64,000 nucleotides of DNA from Laetmonice hystrix. Its lineage: Eukaryota. The DNA is taken from positions 53,384,001-53,448,000 of the forward strand of contig OZ249436.1 of assembly GCA_965235115.1 (NCBI GenBank). Reading direction: 5' to 3'. Below are positions 47,401 through 59,980 of this stretch, piece by piece. A model generated the notes under the pieces. It saw only the letters and a list, made by a program, of their open reading frames with translations. It did not search any database and was not told the DNA's origin. Both the position numbers and the translations under genes were made by a program. Within the stretch, counting starts at the first letter, position 1. Every line of letters begins with the position of its first letter.

Positions 47401-50400
47401 CTGACATGGAGCCCATTCCATACGTGTTGTGACCCTATGGCACATTGTCAGTTTGATAGTTGAACAGCAATGGATCATTTTTCATCAAGGACCTCATGAC
47501 TATCATTCACATGGTTAACATACTGAACCTATTATTCCCGTTCGAAGTTCTAAAATGACAAATTGAGGTAGATCCAGGTGGTAGACATGGCCTTTTCGCT
47601 CAAAGCAGTAGCACATCAGTTCCTCGCCAGTCGGCGCCACCAGCGCCAGTGGCTCTTTCCACATGCCAGTATGGCCCAAATGGGATCCTCCCAACAACTG
47701 GTAACACGACGTCAAGTACTCAAACATTTGGCTGGCCATTAATATCTTATACATGTACTGCTATTTCGTCAAGGCCTATTAACATATATTTTAAAGCCAT
47801 TTGGTTTGGTCAATGCAGTACATAAGTCGTATAGAACATCAGGACATCGGCCATTTGGATTGAATTCTAAATTAATTATTTTATTTTAAGGCCTTTTCCA
47901 ATATCATTTAATGAAACCTAAAAATTAAGTGAAAAGAAACAACACCAGTGGTATGTTCTCTGAACAAAGTTTCCCACTCAAGGGCAAAACCATGCTATTA
48001 AAGTGTAGGCACAGTGATTCACTGATGCCTCTTTCCTTGTGTTTCTGCCACGATTATGATAACTTCGTTTTCTTATGATTAGTGGCAATTTATTAAAAGA
48101 GTACTTTCAAAAAGGACATGGGCGTCAATATTTTTGGTATTTTTTTTTAATATTTATGAAGAATAATTTTCCTTGGACGAGATTTACTTCTAAGAGCGCG
48201 GGATTTTTATCCTTTATGGGAAACCTTGTCTCAGGTTGCATTGAAACTATGTTGTGTATGCTAAATATTGACACTATCAGTTGCGTGCACAAGAACTGTG
48301 TTATGGCTATCAAAGCGTGTTTATGACGGTGATCCATGTCTGGAGTCGATCGTAACCGATCTGTGTTATGTTGCTGAAAGGCTATTTGGACATGTGGCTG
48401 TCTGCAGCCCACTGTGGTCGTCGAAACAAGTATACCGAGAAGTGAGAGTTTGAGATCGTCCCACAGCTTGAGACCAGGGTTGGTTCTGTTTAACCAGTAA
48501 GCCATAAGGAAAACCTCTCCCCTGGACGTTCGGTTGACACTTACAGACGATCACTGTTTTCATTTTAGGTGGGGGCGGGGTTAATTGGTCTCATGTTACG
48601 ATGACAGAGGGACGACAATCAAAACCAATTATAGCCGTTTCTTTATCTGTGAATGCTTGCTGAAGCTCATCGGTCTTGGTGTGTTTTTATCTCGGTTGAC
48701 GGGAAAACAGAAGCGCTTGTGTGATCGCCCGTCGCCGCATATCCGTCCGTTCGTCTGGCTGACATTTCAGGAAGATGACTCAAGGAAATCTGTATGCACA
48801 ATGAAACTTGGTACATGGCGTCGGCAATATATGTACATGTATCTGGAAGGTTAAAAAGTGGGCGATATTCGCATTCTTGCTCAAATGTGACAGTAAAACA
48901 AGATTTTATCGTTTCCAAATTAAAAGGAGATTTAACATTATCCCAGTACTCGCATCATGACAGTGACGTATCTATGTTGTACGGTGTCCGAACGTTTTAC
49001 ATCTAGACGCTGAAAAATAAGGGTATTAGAAGTTCTGTATTAGAATTAATAAGGGTATTAGAATGTTCGGAAAGGAATAAATGACCTAAATGAAGAAAGT
49101 TGAAAGCACTGTTTAAAGGCTAAAGACGATAACGTGCAGAAAGTATTGAAAAATACTTCTACTAGTTATGTGACCATTTGGTTGTTGGCCCACAGATCAG
49201 ATAGATATTCTTCTTATAAACCTAAATTAGGTAAAAATATCGTTTCCATGAAATTAAAGGCCAACAGACCAACAGCACAGGATAAATGACGATCGCCTTT
49301 TTCAATTCAATTCAAAATGTCCGCTTGTGGCTGCAAATGTCGCAACAAAATATAACCGATGTATATGAAGGTAATTCACAAGTATCGTACAAATATGCGT
49401 TTTGAGAATGCCTCTTAAAATCTTTTGCTAGTTTACCTTCACTTTAAGCTTTTAAACTGCCTTACAATCATGGCTAAACGATATGGGACAATGACGAAGG
49501 TGTTAGTTTTGAAAGTACACGTAGTAAGAATAATATAGATTCAGTAGGTCTAATGAATATCTTCATTTTGATGTGACGGGTGGCGATACACCGACCTTCT
49601 TCTCTGGCAGTGGCACTGGGTCTGTCTTTCGCCCATCGTATCAGATTGCAGTTCCAAACATATATTAAAGATGATAGTTGTACAAAAGAATATTGTGCTG
49701 TCGGCTTTGATCCGCAGGAGCATAATACTATAGCAGGAGAACTTCATGACCACGTTTCCTGTTTTCTATATGCTTTTCTTGTTGTGAGAAAGGCCAGGCA
49801 AGGTTGGCAGGGACCCCGCTGTGCTTGTCAGTCCAGGTGTTCGAGCTACCGTATTCTGTCCAACCAACGCGCCACGTGGCTGAATTACGGACCGTGTTCA
49901 TATTTTGATGTTTGTATGTTTGTTGGAAGTGCCGACCTTCTGTCAAACAAATAAACAAAAATCAATTCCTGTTTCGATTGTTAAGATGTTTTATAACACC
50001 AATTTTTCTCCCTTTTTTTGGGGGGGGGGGACGCTTAACATTATTTCTCATGAAGATACTCAATTTCGACAAAAGCTGTATGTGCATTTTACTAGAGGTC
50101 GACTGCTTAATAGTACATGCACAGTATATAATATATCCAAGCTCGACCTAAAATCAGTCTTAGAAATGTTGGTATATCGCTCCATACATTGACTCGAGTG
50201 TGGGCATTTTGTGGTGTGTGTCCACCCTCCCCCGGGGAGATCTTTATGGTTCACATTTGCGACATATTTAGCGGAGGGGACGTTCGGAACGCCGCTGGCG
50301 TTAAGGATGTATTGTATAGAACATATTGAGTGTAGTCCCGGGAGGTGCGGTAGGTGGTCCGGGTGGAGTGAATGGGCACCATCACCAAACAGTTACATTC

Positions 50401-52109
50401 CTGCCCACCCGCCCCGCCGCTCGCATACATCTCAGCCTTCACATTTTCCTACACATTTAATTCAGTTATTGCAACGACATAGAAGTTCATTCGTCATAAT
50501 GTTTTTCACCTCTCAGCTGTCGGTATAAATCAGGGGTCTTTGTCGTAGCTAATAATTTCTGGCCAGACGCCCCTTTTGTTAAAACATTACAGCCCATGCG
50601 TTTCATATACTGCTTTAAATTTAATGATAGACTTCTCTTGTCGATGATGTTCAAACACGCCTCTTAAACACATTTATATTGGCGTTAGTTGTAAGTTAAG
50701 TTTCTTTCCGTAGGCGTGTTAATGCCTGAGTCGCTCGCTTTGATGATTGCTACCATTTTGAGATCTTCAACGGAACATACCTGTCGCACAGTAACCAGTT
50801 GCACGTGCGTTTGCGAGCTCACAAAGATTCAGATCGGAGCCTCTGTGTACATCGGATATTTGCACGTCTGAAACTGTTTGTTGACTGTTGGGCAGATTGC
50901 ATATAAACATCTGGTAAAGTAGCTTGATTGTGCTCTTGTAACCTGATCATCTCTGACCCAGTCTCAACAATGAGTTTGTAGAGGAGGCACTTTCACGTAT
51001 CATCCATGGCCATTGTACTGGTGTAGGGCTGAGTTGTATGGCCTGTCTGCAACGGTGTATGCGGACTGTGTTGACGAACAGCGGAAGCGACATGGGGTGT
51101 CCAGTCGTTCCTAAAATTGCCCGCAACAGATATATCGGACACGTCCGTGTAGCACCGTTAAAAGGTGTAGCACCGTTAAAAGGCATAGCTGAATGTTATA
51201 AAGGATTTCCCTAACGCATACCGAACACCAAATATCTGAGCACGTCGCAAGTCGTTCAGTCATGGGTTATCGTAACGGTTTGCGAAGGTTTACTACTCAC
51301 CGTAAGGTCGTGACGACAGGAATCCTCACGATTAAACATTCAATCGTCACGATTCCTGTTGTCATTACCTTACGATGAGTTAGTTGGAGTTGTAAACCTT
51401 CGCACACCGCCACGATAACGATGACTGAATTGAGTTGCGACGTGCTGAGATTTTTGGTGTGTGGTAAAGAGAGTGCAAGATATATCAGCCTAACCCGAGA
51501 TCAGCAGCCATGGACTTCTCGAAGGACATGCCATTACACAATCCTTTTTTATTGATTGTGCATACAGACTGATCCTTGGGTGGGGGGGGGGGGGTTACAT
51601 CGCCTATGATAACTTAAACCCCACGGAAATTGGTCGAAAGTAAAGATCCATAGCCTTGACCTTTGGTGTGTGTGTGTGGGGGGGGGGGGGGGGTACATCG
51701 CCCATGATAACTTAAACCCCACGAAATTTGGTCGAATGTAAAGATCCATAGCCTTGACCTTATCCCTAACTCCGGTCCCTACACCTCCCAAACATGTATC
51801 CCTATCCTATCCCTTAACCCGAACCCCTGCCCTCAAAAAAGAAGTTATGGAGGAATAACCTTTTGGGGCCATTACGAGAATGTCGAATTAAATTCTATAT
51901 TCTGACTAATCCGACTGGCTCTGACGAGTACTAGAATGTACAAACAAGTACGGTAATTTCATTTAACACTGTCTTTTCGTGTTCCGTTGCAGGATGCCAA
52001 GAGGCGGCGCCAAGAGGCAGAGGCCAAAGGGATCTTGACGTCAAGAGGCGGAAGAGTGAGCAGTAAACAGCTTAACGAGCTCTTGAGTCGGTACCCACAA
52101 TCCAAATGA
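41495..52109 (+). CDS. CHCHD1: CHCHD1 / mitoribosomal protein mS37 (124 aa, 3 exons)
   Basis: Exons 41495-41633, 46539-46657 and 51993-52109 are in phase. Twin CX9C motif CLQEMSVLLVC...CAKELEQFTTC, N-terminal LPPKLKNTV, C-terminal SSKQLNELLSRYPQ. Confidence 0.92.
45273..45656. mobile_element. MITE with about 55-bp internally repetitive TIRs
   Basis: ACACGACATGTCCGCCCGT... and ...ACGGGCGGACATGTCGTGT, built from CATGTCCGCCC subrepeats. Confidence 0.8.
51225..51460. repeat. Long imperfect palindrome (hairpin MITE-like) in CHCHD1 intron 2
   Basis: Arms pair along their length: AGCACGTCGCAA/TTGCGACGTGCT, GCGAAGGTTTAC/GTAAACCTTCGC, ACAGGAATC/GATTCCTGT. Confidence 0.85.
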
Positions 52110-53245
52110 TGTTTGCAGAGATGTTTAGAAGGAGAAGAGTTCCTTTTCTGCACTGCGTTAAAGTAGTTCTGTGCCCTGTGTGAAGTTGGACTTATGTAAC
52201 CTTTCTCAGCTGATGCTTACCACATCGGTGAGACAGATCGACTGACTTGGCACGCATTTCTAAACATGTGATACAGAGCTTTTGATGACGGAATGTCTTC
52301 AGGAAGGACTTGTGAACGGAACGTTACAAAATGTGTGTGATCCGAGCACGGAACGTTGCGAAATGTGTGTGATCCATTATATATGTGTAGACCTACATTG
52401 TATTTGCAAAGAATGATATTAAACATGATAAAAATCCATGTTGTTAGATTTTAAAGATGCATGATTTATCTTCATTGTCTAAAAAAATAAAACCTGCCAA
52501 TGATCTTTAATCCATTGAGCGCGTGATACCGGTCCGCAGAAATAAGTTTTCTTCATGTTTTGCTTGGCAGATCCAATGAAAAAAATTATGTAAGAACTTT
52601 TCATCGGAGTCCTTAAGAGTCGTGTTCAGAACGTTAGCGAGGCATGGCAGACGACCATTTCATTTAGTTTTTACACGGTGCTGAGACGTTCAGTGAACCG
52701 ACGATTACCTCAGTTTCTGGCTCCGGGTCTGACGGCAGTTTGTCACCGCGGTCTGCACCGCAGATCACTTGTTCATTGTAATCGAGCCATTTGTTAAGGG
52801 TGATTATAGGTAGATGTCAGACAGCCGTACGAGCCATCTGTCCTCGGCCCGTCGGCGAACGGACAAAAGCCTGGGCCGCCGATCCCAGCAGGGCTAGATG
52901 CAGGCATCCCCCACGTGCACAATGACACGCATATCGAGTATCAGGACCGCTCACCAAGGGGTACACCTAGTAACAAGACCTAATTGTCATGTCTACCTCC
53001 ATACGGATAGAGTGTCGGTTTAAAGTCGTTTCAGGTGCACAGCTCGGCCTTGATGTGCTCATCGGAAGAGTGACACAACTCGGGGCGCGTCATGCAGCAG
53101 TGCCGCAGCGCCTACCGTGACCCGAGCCTGAATGCCAGCGTGTTGTGCCGTGTATTCCTGACCCGTCGTCCCCCTTAAAATTTTGATTTTCAGCTGTGCA
53201 TAAACGACCGAGCTACACATAGGTTACATTTGACCGATTACAGTG

Positions 53246-53967
53246 CTCCTGCAGTATAACAGTATTGGTGGGATTAACTTTTCCTGACGACCCACTATAG
53301 GCCACCAGCTAACACGAAGGGCGAATACCTGGAGTTTCATAATGTAAACTCCTGCAGTATAACAGTATTGGTGGGATTAACTTTTCCTGACGCCCCACTA
53401 CAGGCCATCAGCTAACACGAAGGGCGAATACCTGGAGTTTCATAATGTAAACTCCTGCAGTATAACAGTATTGGTGCGATTAACTTTTCCTGACGACCCA
53501 CTATAGGCCACCAGCTAACACGAAGGGCGAATACCTGGAGTTTCATAATGTAAACTCCTGCAGTATAACAGTATTGGTGGGATTAACTTTTCCTGACGAC
53601 CCACTACAGGCCACCAGCTAACACGAAGGGCGAATACCTGGAGTTTCATAATGTAAACTCCTGCAGTATAACAGTATTGGTGGGATTAACTTTTCCTGAC
53701 GCCCCACTACAGGCCATCAGCTAACACGAAGGGCGAATACCTGGAGTTTCATAATGTAAACTCCTGTAGTATAACAGTATTGGTGGGATTAACCTTTCCT
53801 GACGACCCATTATAGGCCATCAGCTAACACGAAGGGCGAATACCTGGAGTTTCATAATGTAAACTCCTGCAGTATAACAGTATTGGTGGGATTAACTTTT
53901 CCTGACGACCCACTATAGGCCATCAGCTAACACGAAGGGCGAATACCTGGAGTTTCATAATGTAAAC
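53246..53967. repeat. Tandem array of 7 x 103-bp units
   Basis: CTCCTG unit starts at 53246, 53349, 53452, 53555, 53658, 53761 and 53864, with only a few substitutions. Confidence 0.97.
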
Positions 53968-55248
53968 CTGACAGCGGTAAATCGTAAAATGATGCAAATA
54001 GCCGTTTCAGACATTCAGGGGATTCATAGTAACGTGCTTGGTTCTGGTGCAATAGTGCAGCTTGGAGACATGATTTTACATAATAATAATCGAAATTTTA
54101 CAAGTATAAAATAATAGTGAACACATGTCTGTTTTTTGTTGTTGCTTTATACAATAATAATAATAAGGGCATCTTTGTACATAGTAGTAAAGTACTATAT
54201 AATTAAAACTAAATTATATGGCAGTGTATATACATGTACCGACTGGTGTGCTATGGACGATGATTTAAACACTATGGGGGGAAAACTAGCTTCAAGGTGG
54301 AAACCTTCAGAAAACCTCGAGCAAATTATGGGGTCGGCCTGTTGGGCAGTGAGATGATCAATGTTGTGGGCCTTTCTGAAATTACATCTATGGTTCTGCT
54401 ATATACATTTGACTTACTTCTGTGGTTTTGGAATGGCCACAAACTGAGTTAACAGAATCGTACCACGTTCACTTCATGCCGCATGATCAGATGTAAAGCT
54501 AGACAGCCTGTGCCAAAGGCAATGTTCTTCCATCCATACCATGTGGGTTCTATATTTTTATACCTGTTTACAGGGAACAGTTTTTGAAACTCGTTACCAG
54601 ATCAATAAAACGCTATAATCCAACTCGACTACAGCCAAAACGTCAGTGACAGTACAGGCAAAACGGAACAAACCAGTGACTTGCCAACGAAGAATCTTGA
54701 TATTAGCGTCTTTGTGGAATATTCTCGAACTGCGTAGACCTCTTGTCGTTAAAAATAATGCACATGTACTTAATAGTAACTGGGAGAGGACCACAAACCT
54801 CTTCCACCTTTTAATATTAGGAAGACTATTCAGAGTAGGGCCCGGGGGTTTTTAACTACATGCATTGACATGGAAGTCAGGTACTCGCCAATGGGCCTTT
54901 TTTGAATGCTTACAGCCAGGCAAGTAGTTAACGTTGAATAGATACCCTAACCATGTGGCAGAGCAAAGGAGACGTGACAGTTGTCATTTTACAGTGCAAC
55001 CAGTTTTATATAGTGAAACGACATCACTTTACAGTCCAGCCACTTGTATGATGTAGTCCACTCGCGAATCATGCAGGATTTGCTTTAAGTAGTCCAGTTT
55101 GAGCTTACAGACATTTTGGCGGCAAACTGCGCAGCGTCCTCTGTAATTTTCGCTTGTTTTCATTTTTCACCAACAATGCAGTGTCAGGTTGTCTTGACGA
55201 CTAATAATGCAGTGTTATGAGGATATCTACAATATAATCCACACATTG

Positions 55249-58200
55249 TCAGTGGCATCCACAACTCGCGGCCACCATGTCATCGTATTGTTTCAGAATA
55301 ACATTTTCATCGTCATCGAAATACAGCAGGCTGATAGAATAGAGTTTGTTGGGAACGCAGCATGGTGTGCCTACGTCCTTGCCGATCCGTAGTGCATGCA
55401 CAATACTTTGCACAGTAGCATGGTTCGTTGGCTTCTGGTTCTGACCCAGTGGGAAAGGACAGTCTCCCTTGCAATGGTACGCATTGTATCCTTTGGGAGA
55501 TATAATCCAGCCAGACCAACCAATTTCATCGAAGTCAACGTACAGTTCCTGTCGAGAACATGTCTGTTTCCTTTTTCTGGGAAAATTATAGTACTCTACC
55601 GACCTCTTTGCACGTCGGCGCCGGTCCTTGGGCGCGACTAGCCGTGGCTGGTATCTCCCTGATGAGGCCGTCGCTTGTTGGTGTGTTCGCGAGGTTGCTG
55701 GATAAATCCGGTAGTTGCCATGCTGTGCTCTATGTCGCTCATTCAAAAATTGAATGTATGAATTATGTTGAGTTGGATTTTGTCCCCGCTTGCGACTTTT
55801 CTGTATGTCGGTATAATCCTCGAGGATGTCTACAAAACAGGCGACGTTGGAATAACTCAAATGGTTATCAAATTACATGTTACGGTATGTCCATTTAACT
55901 GTGATATAACTTGATTTCTAAGCTAACATTTTACCGCAAATTGACATTTCAATGCTTAAATTTATTTTCATTTCTGTAATGAAATTTATTATAAGTAGGC
56001 TAAATGGTTACATTAAGCTATTATTTCAGTACCATTGATCGTCTACAAAATTCTTTATGATGTTGTACCTCTTATTGAAGAAAAAGAAAATAGTTTGCTA
56101 TACATCCCATAATGAAACACGTTGAAAGATTATTATTTTGCAACTGTTACTATAGGCCTACTCCGCAAACCATTGTGACTCGTATACCATTGAGGCTGGT
56201 CATCTTGATGTCACAGACCTTAGGAATGTTCTCCCTTACCACTTTCACTTGGTGATGCATACGGCGGTATTCTCATCCGCTTGTCTTCTGTAAACACCAC
56301 CAGAACTGGCTGTTTGGAGTCGTGGTGTTCGGATCGCTGGGCGAATCGTACATACGACCCGTTCACATGATGGGTGCCCCCTCTGGTCGTGGCGACTATC
56401 ATAAAGCCTGGAAATGTTAACATCACAGCTTTACGAGGACAGACTGTGAAATGAACTGTTTGAATTGCTATAGGCCTGATTCTAAGAGATCGGAGCATCA
56501 GCAGTGCGTTGTATAAAGATCTATTTAAACGGTGGATCCATAGGTTTCGGTGGTCTTCAATCTCTCGATCTCTTTGCCTTTATTTTTACAGTGGGCCTAC
56601 AGGTTCCCAAGTTAACCCCCTTGGACATCCAATTTTACCTGCCCCCGTTGGATCCCAGATCTATATCCACGTTTACAAAATCCTTAATCCGCCACGGTTA
56701 GACACGATATCTTTATCAATGAAATAAAACAACAACCATCGCTTTTCTTGTCAACTTCGTTGGTCTGTATCAAGGTGGACTTCCCCAAAAGAGCCAATTT
56801 TGGCCGCTTCGGCGTGCTTTTTGCCTTGTCAATTCATAGTAGATTTGTAGCACACATATAAGGCCTCCCGATCCATTCTCTGCTGCAGTGTGTCAAATTG
56901 TGTTTATCTACGTGTTCGCTCACAGTTTCGTTTCACCATAACAAGGGAATCAGTGGTATCCGAGGGCAAACCAAAGACTTATAGTGAGGGGGGTACCGTG
57001 GGCACTTGTTATGCGGGCCGGACATTTCAGGTTATGCGCGCCGGCCATTTCAGGTGGCGGCGCAAAATCCGCCCAGTTCATAATGTTAGTAATCTATCGT
57101 GAAAAAAGTATCATAATAATTCAGAATATGACTACATTGTTAATTACAAGAAAGACTTTCTAAACTGTTTCACATAAACCCAGATTCCCCTTTTTACAAA
57201 ATATTACCACAAAAAAACGTTCACAAATTTTTCCATATGAACCACGTCTCACGTCTCACACCCCCTGTCTTGCCTTGCAAAACGCATTAATGCGTAGATG
57301 TATATATCACTGCAAAGATGAACGCTGTAGGTACGTTAAGAGACGCAAGAAACTGAAAATGATCTTCTGCTGAGATCGGAGGTCAGTTCGGAGAACAGAC
57401 ATTAAAGGCGAAGGTCATCATGAGATTCCATCTACCTGATTTAGATCACTTCACCTATTCAGCTTATAGTTTTGTCCCTGAACCAGCTCTAACCCGATCG
57501 GGGGAGTACACCTTTCACTGAACTGTATTCACTGCATGTATACCATTGTTAGACGAACTGTCGTTGATCCATTGCTGTATGGTTTCCTTCACCTTGAATA
57601 CTTCCCAGCCATACGCGTACGTGCTAACCCGCCGGAAGTCGAGCAACTTGACCCCGTCCGGAGTGTACATCCTTGCGGGGTCGAGGACTTGATAAAGTCT
57701 GACCTGTACAGTACATAGAAACAGTATACTTACCAATCCGGTTTACAATTATACACAACTATAATAATAAATACAAGCCATTTGTGGCTCTGTGTGTGAG
57801 TACAACGTGAACGGCTGCACCATAACGTGTATCGTTGAATTACCCAAGCTGCGTTGTCATGTGTGGGGCACCTCTTGACATATTATGCTCTGTTACTAAA
57901 CAGTAGAGTCTATTATTGTCATGTTTGTATGCACATGATATAGGCTTAACAATAACGAACGACTTTTCAAACGATACCTATGCGGCTGACCCTTAAACGA
58001 TTATTATTATGCAATTCTGCCGTCTGTGCATACATATATCAATCAAAGCGCTCCTTTGTGGACAGCCCGTTCGAATACGTTCCTAGGGGCGCTGTAATAA
58101 ATAATCCGTTTCTGTGACATGTTGGATAAAATATACCGCTTGTTCCGCCCAAATGACGAGAATGATGGCTCTGACCAACCTCAATGAGATGCACTCCCCT

Positions 58201-58328
58201 GGGGTGACGTTGGTGGGGTTCTGGAGGCCGTGGGCGGAGCTTGAACACGTGAAACTCTCCCTCCAGGATTTCTTCCTGTTGGTTTATGTAGGAAACGTTG
58301 AAATAAAAGTGCATTCTTGCAGTGGCAT
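55249..58328 (-). CDS. ADMP: Anti-dorsalizing morphogenetic protein (BMP/TGF-beta family), 3' four exons; 5' exon(s) not found in the window
   Basis: Exons 58328-58180, 57703-57544, 56407-56240 and 55829-55249. Prodomain motifs HFYFNVS, GWEVF and FAQRSEHHDSKQPVLV; furin site RRRRAKR; seven-Cys mature domain with IGWSGWIISPKGYNAYHC, PTNHATVQSI and LLYFDDDENVILKQYDDMVAASCGCH, characteristic of ADMP. Confidence 0.93.
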
Positions 58329-59647
58329 CTGTAAATATCAGAATGTGATATGCCAATTGTAATTATTAATATATTCATATTTTTTCTGTTAGGCCTATAT
58401 TGTTTTACTCGTCATAAATATTATGGATGAAATGGAGACATTAAATCAATATCTGACAGATGCGTTCAGAGCTATAGATCTGAAATGTGATAGGCAAGTG
58501 AAGATAGCCATGCAAGGTGGGGGACAGGAATTAATTAACGTTTGCGGGAGCGCCAACCTGTTAATCATAAAATGTCAATTATATATAATTATACAGATTC
58601 ATCTGAGATACGGTGTATGTCCTCAGGCTAGCTGTTAATCACTGATATACGATGAACGTTTCTTTGTCGTGAGTGTGACTTCATATTGAAACTTCTCTGT
58701 CTATACTTGTTCAGTGCCCACAAAACATAGGGCAAATTACCAAATTATTCCAGACACATGATATTATTATAGTCAGACCAACGATATCTCATATGATTGA
58801 CGTTCCACACTATAAAACCTGCAGTCAGGCTGCACAATAATCTCCGTTCGGGAGCTTATTGTAATTCACCACGTTTTTAATGCCATACGAGGACATGTCA
58901 TTTCTTCACTGCCCACCGCCGCCCCCTCCTCCTCCTCCTCCCATCGCCAATTTTGTTCCAAGCATACCAATGATCGTTATCACGTCACCGGATCGCAGAC
59001 GATAACTTTGAAGTTTGGAGGTGGACACCGATGTGCCTGTGGTCACATATTCCCGCTGGTTACCGGCAGCAAGGGCTGAGCGGGCCACCAACTGCCTCCT
59101 TCGACTCCCTCAGGCCCGGTAACCAACATTGGCCCCCGGCCGACATGGCGACACACGACGTCGGCCATCTGACAACCATCTCTACCATATTGCCCTCTGA
59201 CCTCCGTGAGACGGCTGCCCGCAGCTACAGCACAGACAGTCATGCTTTTATGAATCGGTTAATGCGTGGCAGCGGTGAATAGACTCGATGACAGGGCTCC
59301 CGAAAAGGCGGTCCCAGTGAGGTTCACTGAAGGCAACTTAATAATTTCATACATATACAGGACCTTCTAACTTGGCCCGACATCCCTTATGCCAAAAATA
59401 AGAGGAAAACAATTTGGAAGACCTGTAGTGTCACTTGGTCTGGTCATGGTTTGACTGGCGAACACGATGTAGACCAAAGGTACAATGCAATAGCCCATCA
59501 ATATACATGTAGGCCCAAATCTGAAAATGGCTCCGAAATATTTTTCGACGTTTGTCGCTACGAGAAAAAATACTTCCTCGGGCCTAAATTAAATGACAAC
59601 CATCGAATTTTAGTTTTCTGTTAATAAAAATTAGACTATATAGTATA

Positions 59648-59980
59648 TCGGGTGGGCATAAACAAAACTTGTCGGAATGTGACGTTAAACTTTTCAAAAC
59701 CCCTATGCCACAAACTTCTGAAAATGTACAGTAGTGAAAACCTCGATGTTCTTAATATCTCGTAAATTTTTCATGTTGATATCTCAAATAGTACTTACCC
59801 AAAATTACAATTGTGTCTCAAAAATGGCTGTACCAGAATTCGTTGCAATAACGTCCTAACTGGTTTTTCTTGGGACAAGTGGTCAATTGGACAAACTTTT
59901 AATTTTGTCTCATGTAAGGACTATTTGACGTAAAGGGGGTTTGAAATACTTTACGTCAAAGTACAAGTTTTTTTATGCCC
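59648..59980. mobile_element. Dispersed TIR repeat related to the sequence at about 25412-25560
   Basis: Shares ATATCGGGTGGGCA, TGTGACGTTAAA, AGGACTATTTGA and GGGGTTTGAAATA with the 25.4-kb copy; TGGGCATAAA/TTTATGCCCA inverted ends. Confidence 0.55.

Noticed and set aside
47500..51200. Nested gene (for example Pinhead) in CHCHD1 intron 2
   Set aside because: The short ORFs lack recognisable motifs and do not form a phase-consistent exon chain.
53246..53967. CRISPR array
   Set aside because: The units are near-identical along their whole length with no unique spacers; there are no cas genes and the context is eukaryotic.
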